This document shows positions 50,418 through 61,185 of a DNA stretch of 64,000 nt, piece by piece. This DNA is from Firmicutes bacterium CAG:103 (GTDB lineage Bacteria > Bacteroidota > Bacteroidia > Bacteroidales > Bacteroidaceae). How positions within the stretch are numbered: the first letter of the stretch is position 1; each line of letters opens with the position of its first letter. The position numbers and the translations under genes are program-made. A model generated the notes under the pieces. It had not been told where the DNA came from. It was given only the letters and a program-made list of their open reading frames with translations, and did no database searches. The stretch covers positions 46,709 through 110,708 of the forward strand of contig CAVCDC010000001.1 in the NCBI GenBank assembly GCA_963600865.1. Direction: 5' to 3'.

Positions 50418-51692
50418 ATGAGTGAACCATTGGCTGAGAGGATGAGACCTCGCTCCCTTTCCGATTATGTAGGGCAGAAGCACCTTGTAGGAGAGGGGGC
50501 TGTCTTGCGCAAGATGATTGAGGCTGGACGCATTTCTTCCTTTATTCTATGGGGGCCTCCGGGTGTTGGAAAGACCACGCTTGCCCAGATTGTGGCGCAG
50601 ACGCTGCAGGTGCCGTTCTTTACGTTGAGTGCGGTGACGAGTGGTGTGAAGGATGTACGTGAGGTGATAGAGCGTGCCAAGAATGGGCGCTTCTTCAATT
50701 CTGCATCCCCCATTCTCTTCATTGATGAGATTCACCGTTTCTCGAAGAGCCAGCAGGACTCGTTGTTGGGGGCCGTGGAGAAGGGGATAGTGACCCTTAT
50801 CGGTGCTACAACGGAAAACCCGTCATTTGAAGTGATACGGCCGTTGCTCTCCCGTTGTCAGTTGTATGTCTTGAAACCGCTCGGGAAGTCAGATTTGGAA
50901 GAACTTCTGAAGCGTGCAGTGGAACAGGATGTAGAACTATGTAAGAAACATATCGAGTTGAGGGAAACGGCTGCCATGATGCGTTTTAGTGGTGGCGATG
51001 CCCGTAAGTTGCTGAATATTCTTGAACTTGTGGTTGAGTCGGCGGGGACTGATGACATTGTCATTACCGATGCAATAGTAGAAAACCAACTGCAGCAGAA
51101 TCCCCTTGCCTACGACAAACAAGGAGACATGCATTACGACATCATCTCTGCCTTCATCAAGAGCATTCGCGGAAGCGATCCTGATGCCGCCCTTTACTGG
51201 ATGGCTCGTATGATTGAGGGTGGCGAAGACCCGCAGTTTATCGCACGTAGGGTGGTAATCAGTGCTTCTGAGGATATAGGACTTGCCAATCCCAATGCCT
51301 TGCTCCTTGCCAATGCGGCATTTGATACGGTGATGAAGATTGGATGGCCTGAAGGGCGTATAGCCCTTGCCGAGGCTGTGGTCTACTTGGCGACGAGTCC
51401 CAAGAGTAACAGTGCTTACTTGGCTATAGACGCTGCCCTTGCTGAGGTTCGCAAGACGGGCAATCAACCAGTGCCGCTCCATATCCGTAACGCTCCTACC
51501 AAGTTGATGGCGGAATTAGGATATCATGATGGTTACAAGTATCCCCATGACTATCCGGGACATTTTACGGAACAACAGTATTTGCCCGACCAACTCAAAA
51601 ACTGTCGCTTTTGGCATGCACAACATTCTCCCTCTGAGGAAAAACTTTACCAGTGGATGTTGAACTGTTGGGGAGAGAGGTTTAAAGAGTAA
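50418..51692 (+). CDS. rarA: replication-associated recombination protein A
   Basis: PLAERMRP, WGPPGVGKTT, IDEIHRF, GATTENP, SAFIKSIRGSDPDA. Confidence 0.96.
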   Translation: MSEPLAERMRPRSLSDYVGQKHLVGEGAVLRKMIEAGRISSFILWGPPGVGKTTLAQIVAQTLQVPFFTLSAVTSGVKDVREVIERAKNGRFFNSASPILFIDEIHRFSKSQQDSLLGAVEKGIVTLIGATTENPSFEVIRPLLSRCQLYVLKPLGKSDLEELLKRAVEQDVELCKKHIELRETAAMMRFSGGDARKLLNILELVVESAGTDDIVITDAIVENQLQQNPLAYDKQGDMHYDIISAFIKSIRGSDPDAALYWMARMIEGGEDPQFIARRVVISASEDIGLANPNALLLANAAFDTVMKIGWPEGRIALAEAVVYLATSPKSNSAYLAIDAALAEVRKTGNQPVPLHIRNAPTKLMAELGYHDGYKYPHDYPGHFTEQQYLPDQLKNCRFWHAQHSPSEEKLYQWMLNCWGERFKE

Positions 51693-51782
51693 GGTTTATG
51701 TGGATTTGGAAAAGTGTGTTGCCCCTACATTATTATATTAAGAAGCAAGAAAAATATAAAATAAGAAACAAGAAAGAAAACA

Positions 51783-52418
51783 ATGATAAGTCAAGACCCG
51801 GAATTTGTGTCAAACCTGTTGCGGTTTATAGAGTTTATTGGTACTTTTGCTTTTGCCCTTTCTGGCATAAGGTTAGCGGCAAGCAAACATTATGACTGGT
51901 TGGGAGGATTTGTCTGCGGTGTCGCTGTAGCCATCGGCGGAGGAACTTGCCGTGACGTGATGTTGGGGGTGCGTCCTTTCTGGATGCTCAGCCCCATATA
52001 TCTTGTCTGTACACTTTTTGCGCAAGGAGTGGTTATCTTGTTCCATAACTATGTGAAGCGTCTTGACAATACATGGTTTCTGTTCGACACGTTGGGACTG
52101 GCATTGTTCAATATCGCTGGAATCCAAAAGACCCTTGCGTGTGGTCAGCCCTTCTGGGTGGCGATCATCATGGGATGTATCACTGGCGCTGCTGGTGGAG
52201 TGCTTCGTGATGTGCTGCTCAATGAAGAGCCCGTTATCTTCCGTAAGGAAATTTATGCCATGGCGTGCATCCTCGGAGGGGTGGTGTACTGGGCGTTGTC
52301 GGCATTTGGCGTAAGTCTCTACATTACGGTAGTGGCGGCCTTTGTCGTGGTGTGCGCCATCCGTTTGGTGGCAGTGAGATATCATATTTCACTGCCGAAA
52401 CTGAGAGATGATGATTGA
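51783..52418 (+). CDS. TRIC/UPF0126 (YadS-like) membrane protein
   Basis: Duplicated GGGTCRDVMLG / AGGVLRDVLL repeats; 7 TM segments. Confidence 0.9.
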   Translation: MISQDPEFVSNLLRFIEFIGTFAFALSGIRLAASKHYDWLGGFVCGVAVAIGGGTCRDVMLGVRPFWMLSPIYLVCTLFAQGVVILFHNYVKRLDNTWFLFDTLGLALFNIAGIQKTLACGQPFWVAIIMGCITGAAGGVLRDVLLNEEPVIFRKEIYAMACILGGVVYWALSAFGVSLYITVVAAFVVVCAIRLVAVRYHISLPKLRDDD

Positions 52419-52424
52419 GGGTGA

Positions 52425-53453
52425 TTACAGGTTCAGCTTGTTCTGAACCAGTTTGCTGAGGGCTTCAATCTTCTTGCCCTGCCGGCTAATGTCTTGGCGC
52501 ACGTTGTTGATGTCGTTGAAGAGGTCGGCAAAGGCAGACTGTACGACATTGGGCTTTCTCATGTTTTTGTCAGCCCATGGATTGACAATCATCTTTACGC
52601 CCTTCTCTTCCAAGTGAACTTCTATCTCGGCTCCTGTCATGACGGGATCTCCGTCGTAGTGGATAACACCAGGGGAAGTGCGGCTGATGCGCAACTTCTT
52701 ACAACGGAATGTCTTGATCTTAGAATGCTTGTCCAAGGTCTTGTTAAACATGTCGAAACTTACTTGCGGAGCTTCGATCACATCGAACGGTTCCATGATG
52801 ATGACATCCATCAGACCGTCTCTCATGGATGCTTGTGGGGCAATGTAGGCATTGTTGCCGTATTGTGAGGCGTTGGCGCAAGAGATGAGGAATGCCTTGT
52901 ACTGTTTGGTGCCCGTCTCGTCTTCAAGTGTATAGGTTTCTGGCTTGTACTTCAGACCTTCTCGCAACACATTCTCTACGTAGCTTATAGGACCACGCTT
53001 GCCGCTTTCTGCAAATTTCATACTCACAAAGGCATCGAAGCCCATGCCGCAGGTGCAGAAGAACGGATAACCGTTGATTACACCGTAGTCAAGGTCGTGT
53101 ATCTCGCACTGGTTGATGATCTCTATGCTCTTTTTCAAGTTCATGGGAAGCATGAGGTGGCGTGCAAGTCCGTTGCCAGACCCACAAGGGAGGATGCCCA
53201 ATGCCGTTCCAGAATGGACTATGGCACGTGCCACTTCGTTTACTGTTCCGTCTCCACCGACGGCAACAACGATGTCTATGCCCTTGTCCTTTGCCTCGGA
53301 GGCAATCTCGGAGGCGTGCCCAGCATGCTCCGTCGTTTTTATCTCATAGTCGAAGAGATTCTTGTCCAATGTGGAATCTATCAGTTGCGGAATGGATGCT
53401 TTGCTCCCCGTGCCAGAGATAGGGTTCATGATAAAAACAATCTTCTTCTTCAT
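52425..53453 (-). CDS. DAGK/YegS-family lipid kinase (putative sphinganine kinase)
   Basis: NPISG, VGGDGT, GSGNGLAR, GMGFDA, YDGD; divergent from spt. Confidence 0.85.
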   Translation of the reverse strand: MKKKIVFIMNPISGTGSKASIPQLIDSTLDKNLFDYEIKTTEHAGHASEIASEAKDKGIDIVVAVGGDGTVNEVARAIVHSGTALGILPCGSGNGLARHLMLPMNLKKSIEIINQCEIHDLDYGVINGYPFFCTCGMGFDAFVSMKFAESGKRGPISYVENVLREGLKYKPETYTLEDETGTKQYKAFLISCANASQYGNNAYIAPQASMRDGLMDVIIMEPFDVIEAPQVSFDMFNKTLDKHSKIKTFRCKKLRISRTSPGVIHYDGDPVMTGAEIEVHLEEKGVKMIVNPWADKNMRKPNVVQSAFADLFNDINNVRQDISRQGKKIEALSKLVQNKLNL

Positions 53454-53643
53454 TGTCTTCAATATGGATATCTTGTTCTTCTTTTATAGTTGCAAAAGTA
53501 ATAATTTTAGGTTAAAGATAGGTTTCTAACCACTAAAAAAACGCTAAAAAATAACTTTCTTGAAAAAAAATATGGTATATTAGTCTTTTTTTGTATCTTT
53601 GCACCTTGAAAACTAAGAAAATATAAAAGTACACCTATTAAAA

Positions 53644-54834
53644 ATGGGACAATTACAAGAAAGATACAAGAATTATCGTGAACCACAGAAGTACATGGAA
53701 GCAGGTGTGTATCCTTATTTCCGTGAGATCACAAGTAAGCAGATGACTGAGGTGACAGACATCGACGGTCATAAAATATTGATGTTCGGTTCTAATGCCT
53801 ATCAGGGACTTACCAACGACCAGCGTGTCATCGATGCTGCCAAGGCTGCTCTTGACAAGTATGGTTCAGGATGTGCCGGTAGCCGTTTCCTTAACGGTAC
53901 ACTCGACCTTCATGTACAGTTGGAGAAGGAACTTGCCGAATTTATGCACAAGGATGAGACGCTTTGCTTCTCTACTGGTTTCTCTGTCAATCAGGGTGTG
54001 TTGGCTTGTGTCGTAGGTCGCAATGACTATATTATCTGCGATGACCGTGACCATGCTTCTATCGTAGACGGTCGTCGTCTGTCGTTCGCGACCCAATTGC
54101 ATTACAAGCACAATGACATGGAGGATTTGGAGCGTGTGCTCAAGAATCTTCCCCATGAGGCTGTCAAGCTGATCGTTGTTGACGGCGTGTTCTCTATGGA
54201 GGGTGACTTGGCAAATCTTCCTGCTATCGTGGAGTTGAAGCACAAGTACAACTGCTCTATCATGGTGGATGAGGCTCACGGTCTTGGTGTGTTCGGAAAG
54301 CAGGGACGTGGTGTTTGTGACCATTTCGGTCTTACCGACGAGGTGGATCTTATCATGGGTACATTCTCCAAGAGTTTGGCTTCCATCGGTGGCTTTATCG
54401 CTTCTGATAAGGATACCATCAACTTCTTGCGTCATTCTTGCCGTACGTACATCTTCAGTGCTTCCAATACTCCTGCTGCCACAGCTGCCGCTTTGGAGGC
54501 TCTTCATATTATACAGAATGAACCTGAGCGTTTCGAGAATCTTTGGGATGTTACCAACTATGCCTTGAAGCGTTTCCGTGAGGAGGGCTTTGAGATTGGT
54601 GAGACGGAGAGTCCTATCATTCCGCTTTATGTTCGTGATGCCAACAAGACTTTCCTTGTGACCAAGAAGGCTTACGATCGCGGCGTATTCATCAATCCTG
54701 TGATTCCTCCTGCTTGTGCTCCTCAGGATACATTGGTGCGTTTTGCCCTTATGGCTACACACAATAAGGAGCAGGTTGAGAAAGCTGTCGAGATTCTGAA
54801 ACAGATATTTGTTGAGGAAGGCATTATCAAGTAA
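53644..54834 (+). CDS. spt: serine palmitoyltransferase (AOS family, PLP)
   Basis: GVYPYFR, GSNAYQG, GSRFLNGT, DGVFSMEG, DEAHG, GTFSKS; promoter TATCTTTG at 53594. Confidence 0.88.
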   Translation: MGQLQERYKNYREPQKYMEAGVYPYFREITSKQMTEVTDIDGHKILMFGSNAYQGLTNDQRVIDAAKAALDKYGSGCAGSRFLNGTLDLHVQLEKELAEFMHKDETLCFSTGFSVNQGVLACVVGRNDYIICDDRDHASIVDGRRLSFATQLHYKHNDMEDLERVLKNLPHEAVKLIVVDGVFSMEGDLANLPAIVELKHKYNCSIMVDEAHGLGVFGKQGRGVCDHFGLTDEVDLIMGTFSKSLASIGGFIASDKDTINFLRHSCRTYIFSASNTPAATAAALEALHIIQNEPERFENLWDVTNYALKRFREEGFEIGETESPIIPLYVRDANKTFLVTKKAYDRGVFINPVIPPACAPQDTLVRFALMATHNKEQVEKAVEILKQIFVEEGIIK

Positions 54835-54999
54835 TGGTATACTTTGGCTAATGAGCGAGGTGTGAGCCTTGAAAGGGAGCCCAGCTTCTCATTTTTGCCA
54901 TTTGTATCAACGATATTGACATGTTGACAACAATTCCATATAGAAAGGCAGTTCTTTTCTGAAGGGCTGCCTTTCTGTGGTTTCAAAGAACAGGAAATA

Positions 55000-57006
55000 A
55001 TGATTTCGGTAGAAAGATTGAAGGTGGAATTTGGTGTAAAACCTCTGTTCCACGATGTAAGCTTTGTCATCAACGAACGTGACCGTATCGCACTTGTAGG
55101 AAAGAATGGTGCAGGTAAGTCTACCATGCTGAAGATATTGTGCGGACTGCAGAAGCCTACCGATGGTACTGTGGCTGTGCCCAACGATACCACTATTGGT
55201 TATTTGCCCCAGGTGATGAAGCTACAGGACGATACCACCGTGAAGGAGGAAACTCGCAAGGCTTTTGCTCACAACACAGAACTGAAGGAGAAGCTCGACC
55301 GTATGCAACGGGAGATGGCGGAACGTACAGATTATGAGAGTGATGCCTATGCTTCGCTTGTGGAGAAGTTTACCCAGGAGCATGAGCGATACATGATGAT
55401 GGGTGGTGAAAATTATGAGGCAGAAATAGAGCGTACACTCTCAGGACTTGGTTTTGAGCGCACAGACTTCGACCGTCCTACGAAGGAATTCTCTGGTGGT
55501 TGGCGTATGCGTATAGAATTAGCAAAGATCCTGTTGCAGAAACCGGATGTCCTTCTCCTCGACGAGCCTACCAACCACCTTGATATCGAGAGTATACAAT
55601 GGCTGGAACAGTTCTTGGCACAGAGTGCTAAAGCGGTTGTGCTGGTTAGTCACGACCGTGCATTCATCAATAATGTGACCAATCGCACGTTGGAGATTAC
55701 CTGCGGAAGGGTGGAAGACTACCGAGTCAAGTACGACCAGTATGTGCAGTTGCGCAAGGAACGTCGTGAGCAACAGTTGCGTGCTTATGAAAACCAGCAG
55801 AAGGAGATTGCAGACCTCAAGGACTTCATAGAACGTTTCCGTTACAAACCCACCAAGGCTGTGCAGGTGCAGAGCCGCATCAAGCAGTTGGAGAAGATAG
55901 TGCCCATAGAGGTGGACGAGGTGGACAACAAACAGATGCACTTGAAGTTCCCGCCTTGTCTGCGCAGTGGCGACTACCCTGTCATCTGCGATGAAGTGCG
56001 CAAGGACTATGGTGAGCATACTGTCTTCAGCCATGTCAACCTTACCATACGGAGAGGGGAGAAGGTAGCGTTTGTCGGAAAGAATGGTGAGGGAAAGTCT
56101 ACCCTCGTCAAGTGTATCATGGGTGAAATACCATTTGATGGAACACTGAAGGTGGGGCACAATGTGCAGATAGGTTATTTTGCACAGAACCAGGCTCAGT
56201 TGCTCGATGAGAATATTACCATTTCTGACACGATAGACCGAGTTGCCACCGGAGAGATGCGCCTTCGCATCAACGACCTCTTGGGGGCTTTCATGTTTGG
56301 AGGTGAGACATCTGAAAAATATGTCAAGGTGCTCAGTGGTGGAGAACGAAGTCGTCTGGCAATGATTCGCCTGCTCTTGGAACCGGTAAACCTCCTTATC
56401 CTCGATGAGCCTACCAACCATCTTGACATGCAGTCGAAGGATGTGCTTAAGGAGGCAATCAAGGCTTTTGACGGTACCGCCATCATCGTGAGTCACGACC
56501 GTGAATTTCTCGACTCGTTGGTAGACAAGGTCTATGAGTTTGCTGGAGGACAAGTACGTGAGCACTTAGGTGGCATCTATGACTATCTGCGCGCTCACAA
56601 TGCAGAGACTGTGGAGCAGGCTCTTGCTGGCAAGGAAAACAGCATGCAGGCAAATGCTTCTTCCGATTTGCATTCCGGAAGCGGTGATGTGGCGAAGGCT
56701 GTCGGGAAACAGCAGTCTGCCGCACAGGCAACGTCTGGTGTTTCTGCAGGAAAACAGAACTATGCCGACCGCAAAGAGCAGCAGAAGAAAATACGCAAGG
56801 CTGAGAAGGCTGTAAAGGAGTGCGAACAGAGAATTGCATCACTTGAAAAGCGTAAGGCGGAGATAGATGCCTTGCTTATGAAACCAGAGAATGCCACCAA
56901 TATGGAACTTGTGACAGAGTATACCTCGCTCATGAAGAAACTTGACGAGGAGAACGACCAGTGGCTCTTGCTTTCAGAGACTCTCGAAGAGGTGATGAAT
57001 GGATAA
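55000..57006 (+). CDS. ABC-F family ribosome-associated ATPase
   Basis: Two ABC domains (GKNGAGKS/FSGGW/LDEPTNHLD; GKNGEGKS/LSGGE), no TM segments, C-terminal coiled coil. Confidence 0.95.
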   Translation: MISVERLKVEFGVKPLFHDVSFVINERDRIALVGKNGAGKSTMLKILCGLQKPTDGTVAVPNDTTIGYLPQVMKLQDDTTVKEETRKAFAHNTELKEKLDRMQREMAERTDYESDAYASLVEKFTQEHERYMMMGGENYEAEIERTLSGLGFERTDFDRPTKEFSGGWRMRIELAKILLQKPDVLLLDEPTNHLDIESIQWLEQFLAQSAKAVVLVSHDRAFINNVTNRTLEITCGRVEDYRVKYDQYVQLRKERREQQLRAYENQQKEIADLKDFIERFRYKPTKAVQVQSRIKQLEKIVPIEVDEVDNKQMHLKFPPCLRSGDYPVICDEVRKDYGEHTVFSHVNLTIRRGEKVAFVGKNGEGKSTLVKCIMGEIPFDGTLKVGHNVQIGYFAQNQAQLLDENITISDTIDRVATGEMRLRINDLLGAFMFGGETSEKYVKVLSGGERSRLAMIRLLLEPVNLLILDEPTNHLDMQSKDVLKEAIKAFDGTAIIVSHDREFLDSLVDKVYEFAGGQVREHLGGIYDYLRAHNAETVEQALAGKENSMQANASSDLHSGSGDVAKAVGKQQSAAQATSGVSAGKQNYADRKEQQKKIRKAEKAVKECEQRIASLEKRKAEIDALLMKPENATNMELVTEYTSLMKKLDEENDQWLLLSETLEEVMNG

Positions 57007-57088
57007 GAATATCGCCCTTTTGCTACGAGATAATCCCGAAATAGAATGACAATAACAATTCTATAATCATTTAAATAATACAATAAGT

Positions 57089-59125
57089 ATGATGAACATT
57101 AAAACGATTCTCCCGATGGTACTTATGGCTGCCATGCCGTTTGGTATGGAAGCCCAGAACAAATCGGGACTTGTCATGGAAAACCTTGACAAGACGGTGA
57201 AACCCACCGAAGACTTCTACCGCTTTGCTACTGGCGGATGGCAGAAAAATCATCCGTTGCCTGCTGCTTACAGCCGTTTTGGTAGCTTTGACCAGTTGCA
57301 GGAAGATAACAACAAGCGCATCAACGACATCCTTACCGAACTGCAGAAGAAGTCGTACAAGAAAGGTACTATAGAACAGAAACTCTCCGACTTCTACAAA
57401 CAGGCTCTCGATGTGGACAGCCGCAACAAGGCTGGCATTGCACCCGTTAAGCCTGTTCTCGACGAGATAGAGGCTGCCAAGTCTAAGGAAGCCCTCCAAC
57501 AGTTGCAACTGAAGTATGCTGACCATGGTTATGGTGTTTGTTTTGCTGGTGGCTTCGGTGCCGACGAGAAGAATGTCACTATGAACATCTTCAATGTGTA
57601 CCAGGCTGGTCTTACGCTCGGACAGAAGGACTATTACGTGAACAACGATGAGGCTACTGTTGCCATCCGTGAGGCTTTCAAGAAGTACATTGCCAAGATG
57701 TTCCAACTCTATGGCTTCTCAGCCCGTGACGCACAGAAGAAGGCACAGGCTGTGTTCCAGCATGAGACGATGGTTGCGCTCGTTTCCAAGAGCATGACAG
57801 AACTGCGTGACCCGCAGGCTAACTACAACAAGATGTCGCTCAAGGAATTCCAGCAGAATTATCCCAATATCCCTTTGGAGAAGTTGGCGAATGCAGAGGG
57901 TATCAAGAGCGACTATATACAGGATATTATCGTAGGTCAGCCTTCCTTTATGGCAGGACTTGACAAAATCACCGCCGTCGAAGATGCCAACACGCTCAAG
58001 GCTTTGATGGAGTGGGATGTCATCTCGGGTTCGTGTGCCTATCTTACAGACGAGATTCGCGAGGCTAACTTCGATTTCTTCGGTAAGACAATGAGTGGTC
58101 GTCAGGAAGACTATCCTTTGTGGAAACGTGCCACCAACCAGGTGCAGTCGCAGATGGGTGAGGCGTTGGGCAGAATGTACTGCAAGCGTTACTTCCCCGA
58201 GTCGTCAAAGAAACAGATGGAGACTCTCGTGCGCAACCTGCAGAAGAGCTTGGGTGAGCGTATCGACGCACAGACTTGGATGAGTGATACTACCAAGGCT
58301 GCTGCACACAACAAGTTGGATAAGTTCTATGTCAAGATTGGTTATCCTGACAAGTGGACTGATTACAGCAACCTTACCATCGATCCTTCAAAGAGCTTCT
58401 ATGAGAACGTGATGGCTTGCCGCAAGTTTGCTCATGACAAGCATATCAATGACAAGGCTGGTAAGCCTGTTGACCGCGACGAGTGGCAGATGACGCCTCA
58501 GACGGTGAACGCTTACTACAACCCTACTACCAACGAGATTTGTTTCCCTGCCGGTATTCTGCAGTATCCCTTCTTTGATCCCAAGGCTGATGAAGCATTC
58601 AACTATGGTGCCATCGGTGTTGTGATTGGTCACGAGATGACTCACGGCTTTGACGACCAGGGGCGTCAGTATGATGCTGACGGAAACATGAAGGATTGGT
58701 GGACACCTAATGATGCCAAGGGCTTCGAGAAACGTGCAGACCTGTATGCTGACTTCTTCAGTAATATCAAGGTTCTTCCCGACCTCAATGCCAACGGTCG
58801 TTTCACATTGGGTGAAAACCTTGCAGATCATGGTGGTTTGATGGTTGCGTTCAACGCCTTCAAGGAGGCAACGGCAAAGAAACCTCTCAAGAACAAGGAT
58901 GGCTTCACTCCTGAGCAGCGCTTCTTCATCGCTTACGCTGGTGTATGGGGACAGAACATCACAGAGAAGGAAATACGCAACCGTGTAAAGCGTGACCCTC
59001 ATGCTCTTGGCGAGTGGCGTGTCAATGGTGCACTCCCTCACATCGCTGCATGGTATGAGGCGTTCGGCGTAAAGAAGGGTGACAAGATGTTTATCCCTGA
59101 GAGCGAGCGTCTCGAACTCTGGTAA
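57089..59125 (+). CDS. pepO: M13 family endopeptidase (PepO/neprilysin-like), secreted
   Basis: Signal peptide, VNAYY, GHEMTHGFD, GENLAD. Confidence 0.93.
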   Translation: MMNIKTILPMVLMAAMPFGMEAQNKSGLVMENLDKTVKPTEDFYRFATGGWQKNHPLPAAYSRFGSFDQLQEDNNKRINDILTELQKKSYKKGTIEQKLSDFYKQALDVDSRNKAGIAPVKPVLDEIEAAKSKEALQQLQLKYADHGYGVCFAGGFGADEKNVTMNIFNVYQAGLTLGQKDYYVNNDEATVAIREAFKKYIAKMFQLYGFSARDAQKKAQAVFQHETMVALVSKSMTELRDPQANYNKMSLKEFQQNYPNIPLEKLANAEGIKSDYIQDIIVGQPSFMAGLDKITAVEDANTLKALMEWDVISGSCAYLTDEIREANFDFFGKTMSGRQEDYPLWKRATNQVQSQMGEALGRMYCKRYFPESSKKQMETLVRNLQKSLGERIDAQTWMSDTTKAAAHNKLDKFYVKIGYPDKWTDYSNLTIDPSKSFYENVMACRKFAHDKHINDKAGKPVDRDEWQMTPQTVNAYYNPTTNEICFPAGILQYPFFDPKADEAFNYGAIGVVIGHEMTHGFDDQGRQYDADGNMKDWWTPNDAKGFEKRADLYADFFSNIKVLPDLNANGRFTLGENLADHGGLMVAFNAFKEATAKKPLKNKDGFTPEQRFFIAYAGVWGQNITEKEIRNRVKRDPHALGEWRVNGALPHIAAWYEAFGVKKGDKMFIPESERLELW

Positions 59126-59152
59126 GAGAGAGATTCCCTTCTTATATATATT

Positions 59153-59210
59153 AAGCGGGTGTTTCATAAGCACAATAGTGTGACTTATGGAATACCCGCT
59201 TTATTTTCTT
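59153..59210. terminator. bidirectional terminator pepO/recQ
   Basis: AAGCGGGTGTTTCATAAG...CTTATGGAATACCCGCTT long stem. Confidence 0.85.
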
Positions 59211-59223
59211 GCTTTTGACAACA

Positions 59224-61185
59224 TTACCCCTTTTGTATGTACGAACCTTCTATTCGGATATATTTCTCTGCAATGAGGTTTTGCAGTGCGCAGTCTATGC
59301 TTTGCTGAGGCAAGGTGATAGCGTGCAATTCCTCTGTATGATGGCGGTTGCCGTCATCCAACAACAGGAGTATTTCCTTCTTCGCTTTTTCGTATGTTTC
59401 AAGTTTGGAAGAAGTGTCAGGCTTGTGTTCAAGACAAACATCGCACTGGTGGCAGTCTTCTCGTGAATCCTCTCCGAAGTATGCCAACAACTGGCGTGAA
59501 CGGCAGATATAGTCGTTTGTGGCGTAGCCTATCATGCTTTCGATGCGCTTGCAGTACTGTTCACGCCGCAGTTCCCATACCTCGGGTGGAATGATGACCT
59601 TGTCTCCGTCTACACGGTCTCTTGTGTAGGTGATGAAGGGTGTCTTGCGGCGGGGTATGAAATATATAATGTGGCGGGCGGCAAGGTTTTTGAGTATCAT
59701 ATACACTTGTTGCCCTGTGAGTTCCGTCTTTTGTTCCACAAGACTCTCGTCTATGTATACATAGTCTGTGAACAGACCGCCATAAAGGCGTAGCAGTGCC
59801 GTGATCACCTTGTCTTCGTTGGCGGAGAGAGAGTCGAGACGGTAAAGTTCGTTGCGGTCCAGACAGAACATGAGCCTTGCTGCGTTGTCTGGTTCCCTTT
59901 CGTAATGGAGGTAGCCGCTTTGTTCGAGTATATGGAGAGCTGCATCCACCTTGGTAGGGAAAAACTTGAAGGTGTATGAGAACTTGTCGATGTCGAAGGC
60001 GAATGTCTTTCCCGCTCCGCTTTCCACACCGATCTCAAAGAAGTAGGCAAGTTTTTCGTACACATCCCGCACCAGTTGTCTTTCTGGAAAATTGTCGTTT
60101 ACGCGGTTGCGTAGTTTTCGCTCGTCGCTGGTGTCGTAGAGCAGAACGGCATAAGACTTCTTGCCGTCACGTCCCGCACGCCCTGCTTCTTGGAAGTAGG
60201 CTTCGAGCGAGTCTGGACAGTCTATGTGTATGACAATCCGCACATCCGGTTTGTCTATACCCATACCGAAGGCATTGGTCGCCACCATCACCCTCACCTC
60301 GTCACGCTGCCATGCCTTCTGCCGTTCGTCTTTGACAAGAGGGTCAAGACCGGCATGGTAGAAGGTGGCACTGATACCGAAGTCGTTCAGTTGTAGGGCA
60401 GTCTCCTTGGTTCGTCTCCTGCTTCTGGCGTATACGATGGCAGCTCCGTCCACACACTGCAGGATGTGTACCATCTCTTTAAGCTTGTCTGACGTAACCC
60501 TGACGATGTATGCCAAGTTCTGTCTCTCAAAGCTCATGCTGTAGACGTTGCGCTCGGCAAACATCAGTTTGTCTTGTATGTCGTTCACCACCTCTGGTGT
60601 GGCTGTTGCGGTAAGGGCCAAAATGGGCACATTAGGTTTTTCCTTTCTGATGTCGGCAATGCGTAGGTAAGAAGGGCGGAAATCATATCCCCACTGACTG
60701 ATGCAGTGAGCTTCGTCAACCGTGATGAAGCTCACTTCCATGTGGCGCAGTTTGGTAATGAAGAGGGGAGAGGACAACCTCTCTGGCGAGATATAGAGGA
60801 TCTTGACGCCACCGAAGATGCAGTTGTCCAATATTTGGAGGTTTTCTCGTTGCGAACGGTCTGCGTAGACGGCATCGGCAAGGATGCCACGCTCACGGAG
60901 GTGGGCTACCTGGTCTTTCATCAGGGCGATGAGGGGCGTTATGACGATGCATACTCCCTCTTGTGCAAGAGCAGGTACCTGGAACGTGATGGACTTTCCT
61001 CCGCCCGTGGGCATCAGTCCCAACGTGTCTTTTCCAGAAGCGATGCTCTCTATGATGTTGCGTTGGATGCCCCTGAAGTCGGAGTACCCCCAGTAGGTGC
61101 GAAGTATGTCTTGGTATTTGTCCATCTCCTGTGCCCTGTTGAAGATTTCTTTCTGCAGAGGAGGAAGGGGAACAGGAAATGTCAC
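59224..61185 (-). CDS. recQ: RecQ family DNA helicase (no evident HRDC domain)
   Basis: MPTGGGKS, DEAHCISQWGYDFRP, LTATA, QEAGRAGRDG, Zn-binding CR...DCHQCDVC; start GTG 61185 (overlaps recJ stop) or ATG 61125. Confidence 0.92.
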   Translation of the reverse strand: MTFPVPLPPLQKEIFNRAQEMDKYQDILRTYWGYSDFRGIQRNIIESIASGKDTLGLMPTGGGKSITFQVPALAQEGVCIVITPLIALMKDQVAHLRERGILADAVYADRSQRENLQILDNCIFGGVKILYISPERLSSPLFITKLRHMEVSFITVDEAHCISQWGYDFRPSYLRIADIRKEKPNVPILALTATATPEVVNDIQDKLMFAERNVYSMSFERQNLAYIVRVTSDKLKEMVHILQCVDGAAIVYARSRRRTKETALQLNDFGISATFYHAGLDPLVKDERQKAWQRDEVRVMVATNAFGMGIDKPDVRIVIHIDCPDSLEAYFQEAGRAGRDGKKSYAVLLYDTSDERKLRNRVNDNFPERQLVRDVYEKLAYFFEIGVESGAGKTFAFDIDKFSYTFKFFPTKVDAALHILEQSGYLHYEREPDNAARLMFCLDRNELYRLDSLSANEDKVITALLRLYGGLFTDYVYIDESLVEQKTELTGQQVYMILKNLAARHIIYFIPRRKTPFITYTRDRVDGDKVIIPPEVWELRREQYCKRIESMIGYATNDYICRSRQLLAYFGEDSREDCHQCDVCLEHKPDTSSKLETYEKAKKEILLLLDDGNRHHTEELHAITLPQQSIDCALQNLIAEKYIRIEGSYIQKG

